DNA of 64,000 nt from Lingula anatina (GCA_051362555.1 CM120640.1:55406788-55470787), one strand, 5' to 3'. Positions 1 to 14,023 are shown, counted from the stretch's first letter. Notes: generated by a model from the letters alone, not told the origin. Program-made: numbers and translations.

Positions 1-246
1 ATGCTGTGCACATACACGGCTTAAGGAAAGAAGGTCCTCAGTTAAACAAATAACAAATACACCAAACAAATAATCACCACAAATTAATATTTGTGGTATA
101 ATGTCAACTCTCTGTAAATTTGAAAGGGGGGGGGGCTTGAGTGTGTGTGTGTGTGTGTGTGAGAGAGTGACTGTGTTATTTATTTGTAGTCTCATATGAA
201 AAGAATGGGATATTTTTACTGAAGTTTGAGTGTATTAAAAACCTAC

Positions 247-1792
247 CCTGCTGAGTCTGTTATCTCCACTTCTGGGGTGTTCTGTACTCGAGTCACAAAT
301 TCATGGATCACATTGGCAGGCACTCTTGTATCAACCCTGTAACTGCCAACAGTGGGCCAGCTGGGAGCCAGACTTGGGCTGATAGGATCTGATCTCTCTG
401 TTTTACCTACATACAGGCAAGGAATTATAGTATATTACCAGGGCAGATACTATTATAATTCCAAGAATCAGAGAAGGAGAAATAAATGTCTGTGTTTTTG
501 AATCAAGAATTAACAAATCTTAATAAAAAGAAAAGGCTTACCATTTCATCAGACATCTGCAATTAAAACAATTATGTGAAATAATTCCCAACTTAACAAC
601 ATATAGTAATAAATTAAAGCTTAAACCAATTTGGTCTAACTTGATATTGTCTGCAGGCTAATAAACAACTGAATCAGCAATGCAAATGTAATTCTGTAAT
701 CTTCTTAAGGCAGCCATAAGAAGCTCAATGTCCTGCCATATTATATCACTTCAAGGAATTTGAAATATTTGTCTTCAGTGGCTATTTAGCTTGGATTACA
801 ATGATCTACAATTCTTAGCAAGTCAGAATGGTGACATGCAAAGGCAACAATATACAGTTAGGTTTATCCAACACAGCTTATCTTGTAGAGAGAATTATCA
901 GTGAGACCATTTGGTGCATATACAGTCATGTCTTAAGTGCTTGACAGCCAATGAAGGGATTTGTTTTAAGCATTTATGACTATTTTAATATAATAATTAT
1001 GTTTAAAAGTTTAATTTATGTTGTTCATTTTTATTGCCAAATATTTATAAAGCAGTTTCCACCATAGTTTTCCAGAAGAATTCTAATTGCAAAGCACACT
1101 TTGGTAAAATATAATTTTTTATGTAGTCTCACATTGAAGTGTAAAAAAGGATAACTAGTATCTAGTACGTAGAAAAAATAGTATGTTAGATAAAACATAC
1201 CAAATGCTTCAACTAGCCAATCATTCACTCCTCCCTCCATAGCATCCACACAGGTGTGTGGGCTGTATACAGCTATTCTGTTCTCTATGCATTTTACGAT
1301 GATCCGCTCCTTCACTGACGACTGCGTAAGTTTCTTCAAAGGAACAAAGATGGGTGGATGGTAGGCGAGAATGAAGTTCACTTTCTTTTCCAATGCTTCT
1401 GCCAATACCTCCTCAGTCAGGTCTATAGTTAGCAGCACATCAGTGACTTTATGAGGTGCAGACGGTTCAACCAGCAGACCAACATTATCCCAGTCCTCGG
1501 CCAGCGCTAGAGGTGCTAGGTGGTGGAGTTTACGAACTAAATCTACCAGATCCATTTCATTGTGTGCAGCCGTGTAGGCTCGCATTTGACGGTGTTGAAC
1601 TTGACGAGGGAAATATCTGCCAAATGTACTCCACTTCACAGATTTTGACCTAGATTGCGCTAAATGGTGATTTATAATATGCTTGGAATCACGCGTAATT
1701 GTCCTGTTACCAACCTGTGCGCTGTTTAGGCTCACAAAATATTTAGGAGCAAGGGCAAAATACAGCCTTGGACCTGTCAGACAAAGATTCAT
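247..1792 (-). CDS. NIF3L1: NIF3-like protein 1 (DUF34/NIF3 metal-binding family), 5' exons; gene continues off the left edge
   Basis: Exon 1 1792-1201 encodes LAPLALAEDWDNVGLLVEP, LLTIDLTEEVLAEA, FILAYHPPIF and AVYSPHT..DA..GGVNDWL, the NIF3 motifs. Donor G|GTATGT at 1200. Phase-compatible open exon 406-247 (GKTERSDPISPS...DSAG). Confidence 0.95.
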
Positions 1793-1802
1793 CTGCTCAG
1801 CT

Positions 1803-1834
1803 GGCGGAAGTCAGTGCTGAGGTAAGCGGAAGTT
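1803..1834. promoter_or_regulatory. Two ETS/GABP-type motifs (GCGGAAGT) just upstream of the NIF3L1 start
   Basis: ggcggaagt near 1803 and gcggaagt near 1827, within 45 bp of the ATG at 1792; typical of housekeeping promoters. Confidence 0.5.
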
Positions 1835-2245
1835 ACAGTACCTATTAAGTAAAAATGTAGCCGGCGATTTTGAAATTTGAAAGATTAAATTTGACCACTT
1901 TTACTTATATGCTGTATAAAGAAATGACAATGAAAGTAGTCGTCTCTGTCATAAGCAGTAGAAAGTGGCAGTTGTGACCTTAACTGCCGTCTTTGTGGTC
2001 AACGTGACAGAATAAATAAACACCTTCGGGCACTATCCAAAAATATGCCTCGTTTTCGCTATCAGAGATGCCAATAAATTGAGTGTTGTTTTATTATGGG
2101 TGTGCGAGCGCGTGCGCGTGTGTGGTGTGTGTGTGGCAGGGTTTACTTTATTTGTGCCCAAATAAAATTTCTTGCTTTATGTTAGCCCTTTTATTTACGT
2201 ATGTGAGAGGGATAATAACTGAATGTACCGGTATGACATACTGTG

Positions 2246-2493
2246 CAGTGGCGGATTTAGGGGGGGGGGTCAGGGGGGCCTGACCTCCCCCCCTTCAATT
2301 TCTGGTCCCCTCTTGAAATTAGAATTTTAAATAGCTGAATCATAGTTCTAAACAGTACCAAATGTCGACCTCTAAAATGCCAAAATAGGCCCCCGAACCC
2401 CACGCCAAGTTGGGGGGGGGGGGGGGGGGGGGGGGGGGCGGGGGTTCGCATCCTGGATCCGCCCCTTTTCAAATAATCCTGGATCCGCCCCTG
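2246..2493. mobile_element. Non-autonomous MITE with CAG(T/G)GGCGGAT...ATCCGCCCCTG termini (hAT-like)
   Basis: Terminal inverted repeats; flanks ctgtg/ctgta; internal G-runs; related termini at 29466 and 32501. Confidence 0.75.
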
Positions 2494-3357
2494 CTGTATA
2501 TATTTCACAGTAAAAACATTGTGAACAACTCATTGAATTATTATAATTTGAACATTGTATTAACTTATTATACAGATATACGTATATAAATAAACTTTGT
2601 GCTTATTATTATTATTATTATTATTATTGTTCCTGAGACAATGGGAAAAAAGTTATACTGTATGGTAGGCCTGATGGTCAGAAGTGGCAAAGTAAGACCA
2701 TATAGGAGACAGGTAAATTGCAAAATGCTTTATGGTAATACTTTTATTGAGCAATGTTCGCCTGGATTACAACAATACAAGTTCAAACTAAGTTACTCTC
2801 AGAACAGGCTTTTTTAAAGGCACTTTTACAAATATGTACATAATTTACACCACATCAAAGGTCAGTTTTTGAGTACACTAAACTACACTTTCCATGATTA
2901 TGCAAGACTTGTTAAAATACTGAGCATAATTTGCTTAATTTCGACATGGTCTGTTTGTTTATGCATGTTTCTCAAATCAGGGTATTTCAAGCAAAGGGGG
3001 GGACATTTTAAAGTATGTTAACATAAACTAGTGTACCAGTAGTTTATACCATCTATCACAAATGTATATATCGAAAAAGTTGTGGATGGACTTTTCTTTC
3101 AAAAATAATACATACAGTACCTCCTTTGCTAGTAAGGTGCTATAAGAGGCTGTTATGGTGGAAAAAATTCTCAATTTACTGATTGGATATGAAAAACAAT
3201 ATCCCTATAAGTAACATCTTCTCTTTCAAAAACTTAAAACTGATGCTTATTATTTGCAAACATTTCAAGGCAGAAGTTTATATATGAGATCAATTTTCAG
3301 CAGTATTTTAATCTTAATATTCATGATGAAATCTAAATCATTCATAACCAGAGTCCA

Positions 3358-6300
3358 TTATACCATAAGTCTTGATCCTGGAATGTACCGAGATTCACTC
3401 CAAATGTTAGACTCTCCACAATTATTAGTTTTACGTTTACACTGACCACATCTCTTGTACTTATCACACTGTTCATGTACTAATATTCCTGGAGTTAGAG
3501 TTCTAAGTTTTTCTTCCAATTCTCTTCCTTTCTTGATTTCTGTTGATTTGAACCAATCTTCTTCCAGCTTCTTACGATTTGAATAGATACGACTGTAGCG
3601 TTGTGCTCTGTCTTCCATCAACCTTGAGTATAAATAATGTGGCAATCAGAATTTTGACATAAATAAAATGTTTTCTGATCTTTTTGAATAGAACATTGAA
3701 AAATGCCAAAATATTTAAATTAAGGCTGTGTCAAAAATTCATTCTCTATTAATTTAACTCTCCATGAAGTATAATTCTTATTGAAAGATTCCCAATTTGA
3801 TCTTTTTGATGAATGATAAATAAACAGCTACTGCAAAAGACTCTTAATAACCAGTCCTAACAATTAATCAGTTTAACTATAAGCACGTACTCCTGTTTGG
3901 TTTTGTTCAACATTTCCTCTTCGTCTTTCTGGTCTGTAAGTCGCCTCAAAATAGCTTCTCTCTTTCGCTGTTCTACAATATCAAGTTGCTCTCTAAACAC
4001 ATCACGAGCACGTTTCTTCTGTTCAAACAGTTTTTCGTTGGTGCTGTCGAATTTCCCAAAGATGGGTTCGTTGGAATCTGGCACTCTGGCAGGAAGGGGT
4101 ACTGGTTTAAATTTCAACTAAAATGGAAGAATTTATCACATCTTTTAGTAATGAAACTGGTGAAAAGATTGTCCTACATTTGCTTGCTTTCCTATTTGGT
4201 ATTTAAACAAAGAACCCTAAAATGAGAATATTTCTATCATGAACATTTCATGCTATTAGCAAATTTAAGAAAAGGAGTCACAAGATGAAATTAAAATATT
4301 ACTTGATTAAATTTCTTAGAAGAGGTTTATTACTCATACATAGCCTTTTCAAGCTTTTTCAGTCTTTCAAGCATGTATCTTGGAGGTAAGTTTAGAAAGT
4401 ACTGAAGGCTAGTGAAGAGAGAGAGAGAAAAAGAAATCGGTGCCTACTTTTGGCAAAGATGGAGAGCTGCCAGGAGAAGAAAACAGTGGTTTGTTTGTGG
4501 ATGATGAGAAAGGTCTCAGATACTTTATCTGAGGAATGGTGGGAGGGCCCAGCTTATACCGAGATCTCAGGGGAGGGAGTGTGGAAGAAGTAGAGTCCTG
4601 AAGCTTAATCTTGATAAAAAGAGATAGAAGAGAAAGAAGAAAGTATCAAAGTAAAGAGAATAAGATAATAAAAGGTAAGAAAAACAGATTATCAAAAGAT
4701 CATGCAAAATACAGAAAAATACAAACTGGTTTATTACACAATTGTTCATGTAGTTTTCAAAGTTAGGAAACTTTTAAAAATACAGCGGTAGAATTTAAAA
4801 AGCAACCTGGTATGCAAATGGTTAAAAAACTTTGAAGGAAAGGCAAGCACTATAGTATTTCTTTGAATGTTAATTATAGAAATTGTTACTTTTAGAATTT
4901 TACCTGTGCAGAAAGAGCCTTCCTGTACTGATCAGTTTGGTTGACCTTTTCTCTCAAATAGGTTTCTCTTTGGGCAGCAAGACTACAAATAAAAAGACAC
5001 AAAATTTTGAAATCTTGCACTTTTTTAACTCCTTATATTCACAGTTATGTTTCAAAATCATGTTTGGTACCTTTTCTATATAAAAAAGTAAATTTGATCT
5101 CACTTTCAGAAAATACATATATTTCTTGTGAATAAATAAAATATATATAAATAGTAAAATTATGATAATCTACTTACTCTTCAGCAAGCTGTACTTGTTC
5201 CAATCTCTCTAAGAAATCCTCATCTGCCTTCCTCTTTCTTTTAGTTACATCTTTGTGATCTACTTGTTTCTCCAAGTCTCTAGACAGCTCATTCTGCTTT
5301 ATAAACCTTGGTGGGGTTAAGGGACGTTTGTTGAAAATGTAAGCTCTCTGTAAAAATTAAACATAAATATTCAGCATTCATAAATCTATAACACAATTTT
5401 GGAAATAAATGAGACAATTTTATAACTAAAATAACTAAAATAAATCTTGTTCAAAAAGACAACCTTTGGTTACCTTTGTGAGAAAAAGGCTTTTTGCTTG
5501 GATATCTTTCTATTATCATTTCTTACTAACCGGTGGTTCAAGTGGTTTCATTCGGCCTTTTTCCTTGACAGCTTCTGACACACCAAGGTTGAAGGCTGCA
5601 ATTTTCTGGTTATCATGCCTTTTGGCCAGGTGGTTAGACTAAAACAAAAAGAATATAATATTATAAGATGCTGAGGGCAAATCAGAACAAATATTAACCT
5701 GCAATCACTCTATTCTTTTTTATTCTGTCAAGTCAAGTCAAGGTAGGATGAATAATATCTTTTCTCTTTCTTGTTAAATAAAACTGAACTACAGACTACA
5801 GTAGTTGAAAATTCATTGGACAGTCACCTGTTCCTTGAGTATGGACTCTGTGTCTTTCATGTGTTGATACTGCTGCAAAAGCCTGTCTTCTTCCTCTTCT
5901 CGCCTCTTTCTCTCTTCAGTGAAGGAGACTGGTATATTCCTCCTAGCACGTTGATGGCAGAGGTAGCACAGCTCCTGACCAGCATTGCTGTGCCCACAAG
6001 CTGAGCCAGGAGGAGTGGGGGCTTTGTCCAGGTTAATACGGTCCATGCTCTTTGCCCGACGCAGACTGGCAAGGCCTGGTGGGGATGGAGTTGCATGCCC
6101 ACTGGTAATAGAAGAAAAACATTAAATAATCATGAAACATACAACACAGAATGATAAAAAAGATATGATAAATTAAATTAAAATGCATTTTAAATCAAAA
6201 AGTATATTAATTTAACCAACTCTTAGACCCTACTTATTCAGAGATACTCGTCCAGGAGATCTATTTTGCATGCGATCTGGTAAAGTGATACTCAACTTAA

Positions 6301-9300
6301 AATAAATAAATAAAATTAGATTAATTTGAAATGCAGCTTACTTTTCTGGTTTAACAATGGGCTGCAATGGTGCTGGACTAGACTGTGACACAGAGGAGGC
6401 CCTGAGCAGGGCACCACCTCCTCCAGAGTAGGCTGAAACTGCAGGTGGTTGCATGAAGTCCTCATTGAAACTAACTCCTGTTGCCTTGGCCATAGGGATA
6501 GCTGTACGAGAACCATGGCGGCTAGGTGGGGTCTCAAGGCGTAAACCTTGCATACGTTTCAGTTCTGCAGAAAGAAAAAAAAAAAAAAAAACAAGGTAAA
6601 TTTGATCATATCAAATCAATATAATATAATATAATATAATATAATATAATATAATATAATATAATATAATATAATATAATCCAAAAACTGGCATAAAATA
6701 TCTAACTGTCACATACGGATGGGTGGTAAGAGGAATATTTCCCATACTAACTGCTAAGGTCAAAAACATTGGTCATTTTATTGTAATGTTTTTGCCAAGA
6801 ACAGCCACTTGAGGACAAATAAATCAAATACTGAAAGGCTTCACGTTGTTGTAAAATCATAACTGGCATAACTTATTTTATTGTTTTATTGCTGCTCTTC
6901 TGTATGCTTTCCTGTCCCACCTGAAATTCTGAACTTCAAATAAATATCACCTGCCACGCCTTAGCAACATAGCCTCAGATGTTTAATAAGACTTAAAGGT
7001 ATGAGATCTATTTTTCACAATATAGCAATTATTCTAAAATCTGTGCTTGTCATCGGACCACATGACCTCCATAGATGGCTATTAAAAAAAAAAAAAAATC
7101 TGGGACTAACTTTGAATGTAGAAATGGATTATTAACCATTGGTAAGTATGGGAAAATTGTCATTCACCCCAAGAAAATTAATTTTTGGCCAAAATGAACT
7201 GTTGTTATCCTTTTAGGTATTGAAAGAAAGGACAAGATATTTTTGGCTTTAAGTAGTAGTAACAAAACAGCTGTTGTAAGTCATATAATGTGGTTTATAA
7301 CATGCATGTAAATTAAACTATTTTTTTTTTAATTTTCATCTAAAATAAAATCTTTAAAAATTGTAACAAGGCTTTTGTTAATATACAATAACTAACTTTG
7401 AAATAGGTTTTTAGCAATGGTGTAACTACATCATAAAGTTTCAAATATTTTTGCCATAATCATAATCTATTTTACAGTAGCATTATTCACAAAGATGAAC
7501 TATAATGGTTAAGATGATTTGTTAGGACTAACTTTTCATACCTTCATGATAGGACATGCTACTTCTGCACCTTCTGTGATGAGACACTTGTGCTTGATAA
7601 CTGTCATTACTGTGACCTTTTGAATTTTGAAATTCACCAGACTTAATACATAGACTTATTGACTTTGCCGTACTTGGTCTTTGCGCTTCATAGCGTACAA
7701 AATCATAATCTGCCATACTACTTTTGCATCGTCGATGTTCCTTAAATTGCATGCTGCTGTGTGGAGCTGACGAGGGCCTGAGTAGTTCAGGATGAATGTC
7801 AAAGTCCTCTTCAGAATCAATCCACATACTGACCTATCACTTTTTCAATGTTCTCAAAACAACCTTTGGGAATATTTTTAAACTGAATGTGGTTAAAAAC
7901 TGTCAACTACCATTCACTTTTCAACCTAAATGATTAAAACTTTTCCAGCAAAGTTTCAATGAACCAGCTGCAGTCGTCCATCTACAAGTCTGACCCATGG
8001 TTACCAGTTTTACTACCATCAACAAACACCATTGAGGCAATTTACTACAACCTTTGACTCTGTCTTTTAACAGGGCACCTTGATAAAAGTTTCTAGAGTT
8101 CATTAAGGTTGATGTTCATTATAGAACATGTTGTAGTATGTATGAGCAAAGGTATAATTAATGATGCCTTGATTAGCTTCTCTTTACTTTGTTTGGAAAG
8201 CTCAGTGGTTGTTAAGGCTGTCAAAATGATAAAGAATGCTGAATGCATACAGTTCAGTTTTAGCAAAAAGATAAACAGCAATAAGAGTGAGCATCAGAAA
8301 TGTTAACTAGTAAATTAAATCATCAACTCCACATTGACTTTCAACAAGTTATCTTTGTATATTCTAAAGCATGCAGCAAAAAAAAAATGCCTTATTCATT
8401 ATCTCCAAAAATCATTTAATAAAATCACAAAACTTGCAATTTTTGAACCATTATGCTTGAAATTTAGATGTGTCAATTTAGTTCTATTGATATTATTAAC
8501 ATAATGTTTAACTCACATATTATTTTTAATTACCTTTTTGCCTTTGTCTTAAGTCTGGCCACATGTAGTATTTTCCTAAATGATCCAATGCACTTTGAAA
8601 ATGGCTAGACATTTTCACTTGTAAGATGTGATATTCTTCATATAAAGTAGAAGTATGCACTATAACCTGCTCTGAATGAGCAGCAACTGTTTTTACTATG
8701 TGACCACAGTCTTCTGTCAGAGTTTTGATGAACAAACATATATGTTAGCTGTTACTAAAGCAATACTACTTTTATGGCAATCTTTAATGAGATCCTGAAG
8801 AGCATTTATGGTGACATAAAACTGAATCTTGGCAAAATAAACTTCACATGTCAAAATTTTTACTGTTGATCACTAATTATCTTTCAAATCTGCAATTATC
8901 TTCCTGTCCTGCTGACACATGCCAAATTAAATAAGCCACCATTTTTTGGAAATTTGTCAGTTAAGCTTATTTTCATTGTTCACAGGTATATTGGCCATCA
9001 TTTATTTAAAAGGCCTCTTAGCTTTTATGACTCATACCTGAAAGTATACTAATTAATTGTTTGAATGAGTTGGTCATGATTACTGTCATATCAACTATAA
9101 GTTCCCCCTATCATTTTCATGTTGCATTTCAGCATAATTGCAATGAACAAACTGTTGTTACATGTAGCAATAAAATAAATTTACAAATACAACTATGTGT
9201 TAGCACTGGCTTAGCTTATATGCAATGGTTACCTGAAACTCATTGTGATTAGTTTTGACTAAACTTTTATGAAAGAAAGTGATTTTCATATTCTAGCCAG

Positions 9301-12300
9301 TAATGGATTTTGAACTTATTTTGACTATTGTTAGAGCGCCTACTTCCCCTCCTAAAATGCAACTTTGAATCATCTTTCAATCCTTGCACGGTAACTTTTG
9401 AGCTGAAGGATTATTATCATGATGAAAATACTGGCTAATATGGGAAGCTGTTTGTACTTACTAAGTTGTTCTCTCTGCTCATCTGACATATCCTGCATCA
9501 GAATTCCGGGAAGATCCATTTCATTCAGTTCTTCAACTTCATCAAATGGGTCTTGGGCAGGCAGATCAGGTGCAAATGTTGGATCATTGACTTGTGCAGC
9601 ATCAACATCTGGTTCTATTTCCAGGACATTGATCTCCTTGGGAATAGCTTCATCTTCTGTAATGGTGGGCATTCTGGGGCTTTTTGATACTTGGGGCTGC
9701 TGATCACCATCCAGTTGTAGGCCATGTGAGCTATGAGTGATCCTAAAGAGAAAAGAAAAATACAATAACTTAATTAGCAGTGGAATTCAATATTCTGCTC
9801 ATACTATACAAGTAACATGTGCTACATTGTAGAAGATTCTTACAAGGCATGTCCATCACTAACTTGCTATAGTCGAGTTGATAACAAGTGTGAGTTATGT
9901 AAAAACAAGGCAGCAAAGCTGTCAAATGTACAGACTAAAAGCAGGAAATTACAAAAAAGGCTACTGTCAATTCTGATGCAAAAGTACATTATGTTAAACT
10001 GCAAATTCAACATCAAATTTTAATTATGCTCAACAGGTAATACCAACGTAAGTTAAATGTGTAACAAGCATAAGGCTTCAGGCCCATGGGAGTTCAAGTT
10101 CACACTTTGAAAATGTATTACTTCCAGAAAAAGAAGCCAATTAGACTGCTTTTCCAACTCAGGCTGCATGTCGATTTTCGAACTTGACCTGCGTTTTAGT
10201 AAGATCGATTACTCCTGAGAGTTTCATGACAACAGGCCTATCGGTTTTCCTTGAAATGTGTTTACAGTGTTGCATATATGTTGAAAAGTGAAAAAAAAGC
10301 ATAACTTCTACAATAATGGCCCGATCATCCTGATTTTCGAACTTGACCTGCATTTTATGAAAATTCATCAGCTCTATAAATATAAAGCCCAAAAGTAAAA
10401 CTGCCTTCCACTTATCATGTTTACAATGAAAGTGCACGGCGCCGGCGTCGGCGATGATGGCGACGACAGACGCAGGTGATAGCAATATGTACAGACACAT
10501 TTATATATATTTACTATACTGTTTGAGAACAGTAATTGACATGGTTTTTCTTAAATGGTCACAATGGGAGCAGTGCCCAAATTAGGTTTTTTTCAAATTT
10601 TGATGCAATATTACATAATTTTTAACAGCATAATGACCATCAATTTTTAATAATAAAATATTAGTATCATGGATATTCAGAAAATGTGACTAGCAAAGGT
10701 CTTCAGGCCCATTGAACTTCAAAGTCACAACTTGAAAATGCCAAAATGTAAACAAGACAGCACTGTTCTGAAATGGGTTTATTTCCATTTTTAACAATTT
10801 TTAACATAAAACAAAATTAACAGTTTACTGCAATTTTTAAATGACCAACTAAGAAAATTGATGAGATTGATCAAAAAATATCAATAGAGCAGTGTTAAAT
10901 GTCCAATTTCTTCCATTCTGAGATTCTGAACATAGTGAATGATTCAGTCTGACAAACTGCAATGATATGAGTTTATTTCCATTTTTGTAACTTTATTACA
11001 CAATATACAATTACAAGTTTAACATCATTTTTACAAAATCAACTAACAATGTTGTAAAGATGCAGGAAATGTCAAAAAAACACTTTTACATATCTTATTA
11101 ATTAAATAATAAAACTGTTAACATGCCTAAGAATTGAATCTAAGGAAATGTAAAAAACAGCATAACTTCTAAAATAATGGCCCGATTATGCTGATTTTTG
11201 AACTTAACCTGCATTTTAGCAGAAATGACCACTCCTGTGAGTTTAATGACAATTGGCCTATCTGTTTTTCTTATATTGTGTTTACAGTGTTGCATATATG
11301 CTGAAAAGTGAAAAAAAAGCATAACTACTAAAATAGTGGCCCGATCATGCCGATTTTCGAACTTGACCTGCGTTTTAGTAAGATCAATTTTTCCTGTGAG
11401 TTTCATGACAACAGGCCTATTGGTTTTTGTTGAAATGTGTTTACAGTGTTGCATATATGCTGAAAAGTGAAAAAACAGCATAACTTCTACAAAAATGGCC
11501 CGATCATGCTGTTTTTTGAACTTGACCTGCATTTTATGAATATTCATCAGCTCTGTAAATATAAAGCCAAAAAGTAAAACTGTCTTCCACTTATCATGTT
11601 TACAAGGAAAGTGCACGGTGACGACGGCGACGGCGACAGCGACGACGGCGACGGCGACGGCGACGACAGACGCAGGTGATGGCAATATGTACAGACACAT
11701 CTGTGTCTGTACATAATGATATTTAAAAAGTTTCCTTCACACTAGTCTACTCTATCCCATTCAAACGTATCATGGAAATGTAATATACAATATATTATTT
11801 GTTATGTATACCTATGGAAAATAAGTTTCTAAACACTGATTTCTATAGTTATGTCATTTCTCACCTTGGCAGAACTAAAGTGTTGCTTGAATGAGCTCTA
11901 GATGGTGCTCTGTCAGACATCACAGAATCAACTGTGCCAGGTCGCTGGAAATGAACAAATAAATCATCAATAAATGGCAACATATATGTTAATTGACATC
12001 CACTGACAGGTCATGGATGAAAATATAATAGGAGACATATTAAACATCACAGGTTTTTGATAGTTTTATTTGTTCATACATATTTATATAATTTTAATAA
12101 AATAGCCATATATCACATTAAATATTCCATTTTCTTACGTTTTTCAGTGCATCCACCAATTTCCCTGATCCATCCATGCTGTTTAGGAATTCTTTATAAA
12201 ATTTCATTTTGACCTTAGATTCTCTAATTTGAAGTCGTCCTATGCCTGCAAATGTAAATTCCACATTTCTCTTGTTTGCCACAGAACGTGCTAAGGCACC

Positions 12301-14023
12301 AAGAACCTCCTGAACACATATTTCAACTGCATCTCTGTCAAAGGGACTCTCAAATGATATGGCGCTGAAATTCAACTGGACAACAGGAATTTGGCCTGAA
12401 AAATTGAAATAAAAAAGTTTTGAGAAGAGTATGCAAAAGATGAAAAATTATCTAATATAAACAAGTAAATGTGATATTAACATTTTTGGTATGTCAAATA
12501 CATCATTAGTAATTAATCAGAAGAAATCTTATTCAGCAACTGTTATCAACATAAAACAGACCATTGATGTGATATTTTATCAAATAATGTACAAAGACTA
12601 ACAATTGCATTCTGCTTATAAGAAAATTACCAAGGTCAATACTTTTGTTAAAAACAGTGGCTTACTAGATCAATAATAGCCAAGCAGTATTTATGAATAT
12701 TGGATATTGATATGTAACAGCAACAATTTGTACAAAATATTACACACTGTCAAAGATGACTCAAAAGAAAGGTCACTCACCAGATACATGGTGCTTGGTA
12801 TATTGAAGGCCATGTGTTTGTGCAAATTTCTCAGACAAAACAAATACTGGTCTCTGTATCAGAATAAATTTGTTGTTGCCTATATCTAACTTCTTCTGTG
12901 TGAAAGTAAAAGTCCCTAGTCCTGGTAAGTGAACAGCCTATAAACAAAATAAAATTGTGTAAAATGTGATTTTAATTGAAAATTTCTATATACTTAATTT
13001 TCTCAAACAAAAGCCAAAACTGCTGTCAAATTCACTTCCTGTGGTCACACCCTTGGACACATGAACTGGATTTTTAAACACTCAGAATAACAAATGTAAC
13101 CTTATATACAAAAATAAATGTGTTAGTTCACTGATAATGCATTAATGTATGTTCATTATTTTAACATTAGAATCTGTGATGTCATCATGTACGTAATTTG
13201 TCAAACAGTTTTGACAGCTGATATAATAAATATTCTAAATCATTCACATTGACATTTAATTACATAATTCAATAATTAATTAAAATAACACCTACTGTCA
13301 AATAATAAGGGTGAAATATTAGAGCCACTGGGTTGAAGATGTATATTAAGTGAGAAAAATGCCACATTATTATGACTAAACCCAGCCAAATATCCAGTGC
13401 TACCATACATGGTTTCAAATAGTATATAAAATTAATACCATAAATATCAATGAAGTTTCATTTCATTACATCTTTTTGTTGAATTTTTTTTATTATGAAC
13501 TGTATTGAGGGATAAGAATATCCAGTTTATGACAAGAGATTGGAAGAAGGTTAGCGCTTTCATGCCTTTTTTATTTCAGCATGTTTATTTAATTGGAGTT
13601 GTGTAAGAAACTTGTAGAAATAATCTCTGTGTCTCACAGGAAATGTAGACAGGGTTACTCTCTCTTAATATGTTAATTTATTATAAATAATAATATATTA
13701 TATATATTAACAGTAATATTAATTAAAGTTCAATTTTCTTACCTTCTGATTCAGCATTTGCTTCTCAATGAAAGCTGATATATTATCCCAAATGGCGACC
13801 ACATCTGAAATTAAAAATATCCCTTACTTGAAAACTTTCAAATGTCTATAGATTTACTTCAAATCAACAACAAAGTAACAACCGCAAAGATAAGTTAAAC
13901 AGCACCTGAACATTTTCAAAAGTATCTTCTTCACTCACCTCCATCGTTCAGTTTGGCTCCAATAATTGAGAATTTGTTCTTTTTAGCCTCATCCACAAGG
14001 CCTTGCATGACATCCGTTGCCAT
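3358..14023 (-). CDS. CCDC81: Coiled-coil domain-containing protein 81 (N-terminal HU-like domains, C-terminal coiled coil), 13 core exons, about 755 aa
   Basis: Exons 14023-13939, 13804-13743, 12937-12781, 12395-12139, 11944-11865, 9742-9462, 6564-6342, 6101-5828, 5638-5531, 5347-5178, 4982-4904, 4117-3891, 3622-3358; all GT-AG, phases consistent, total 2268 nt. Motifs AVHLPGLGTFTF, QRPVFVLSEKF, VEFTFAGIGRL, MKFYKEF, CYLCHQRARRN. Confidence 0.9.
6618..6680. repeat. (AATAT)n pentanucleotide microsatellite
   Basis: About 12 perfect units in a CCDC81 intron. Confidence 0.95.
7021..7160. repeat. Dispersed repeat fragment, also present at about 53012-53565
   Basis: tatagcaattattct...tgacctccatagatggctat and attaaccattggtaagtatgggaaaattgt occur at both loci; the second copy is interrupted by a TTAA MITE. 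Confidence 0.75.
9904..11716 (-). mobile_element. Helentron-associated non-autonomous element (HINE/DINE-1-like), copy A, with an internal second head
   Basis: 5' hairpin ATGTACAGACACAGATGTGTCTGTACAT, (GTCGCC)n microsatellite, ~159-bp tandem units, 3' GTCTGTACATTTGACAGCTTTGCTGCCTTGTT; T-rich flanks, no TSD. Confidence 0.85.

Noticed and set aside
1-111. A third NIF3L1 exon at the left edge
   Set aside because: Acceptors at about 36 and 111 give stops in the required phase; the next exon cannot be fixed within the window.
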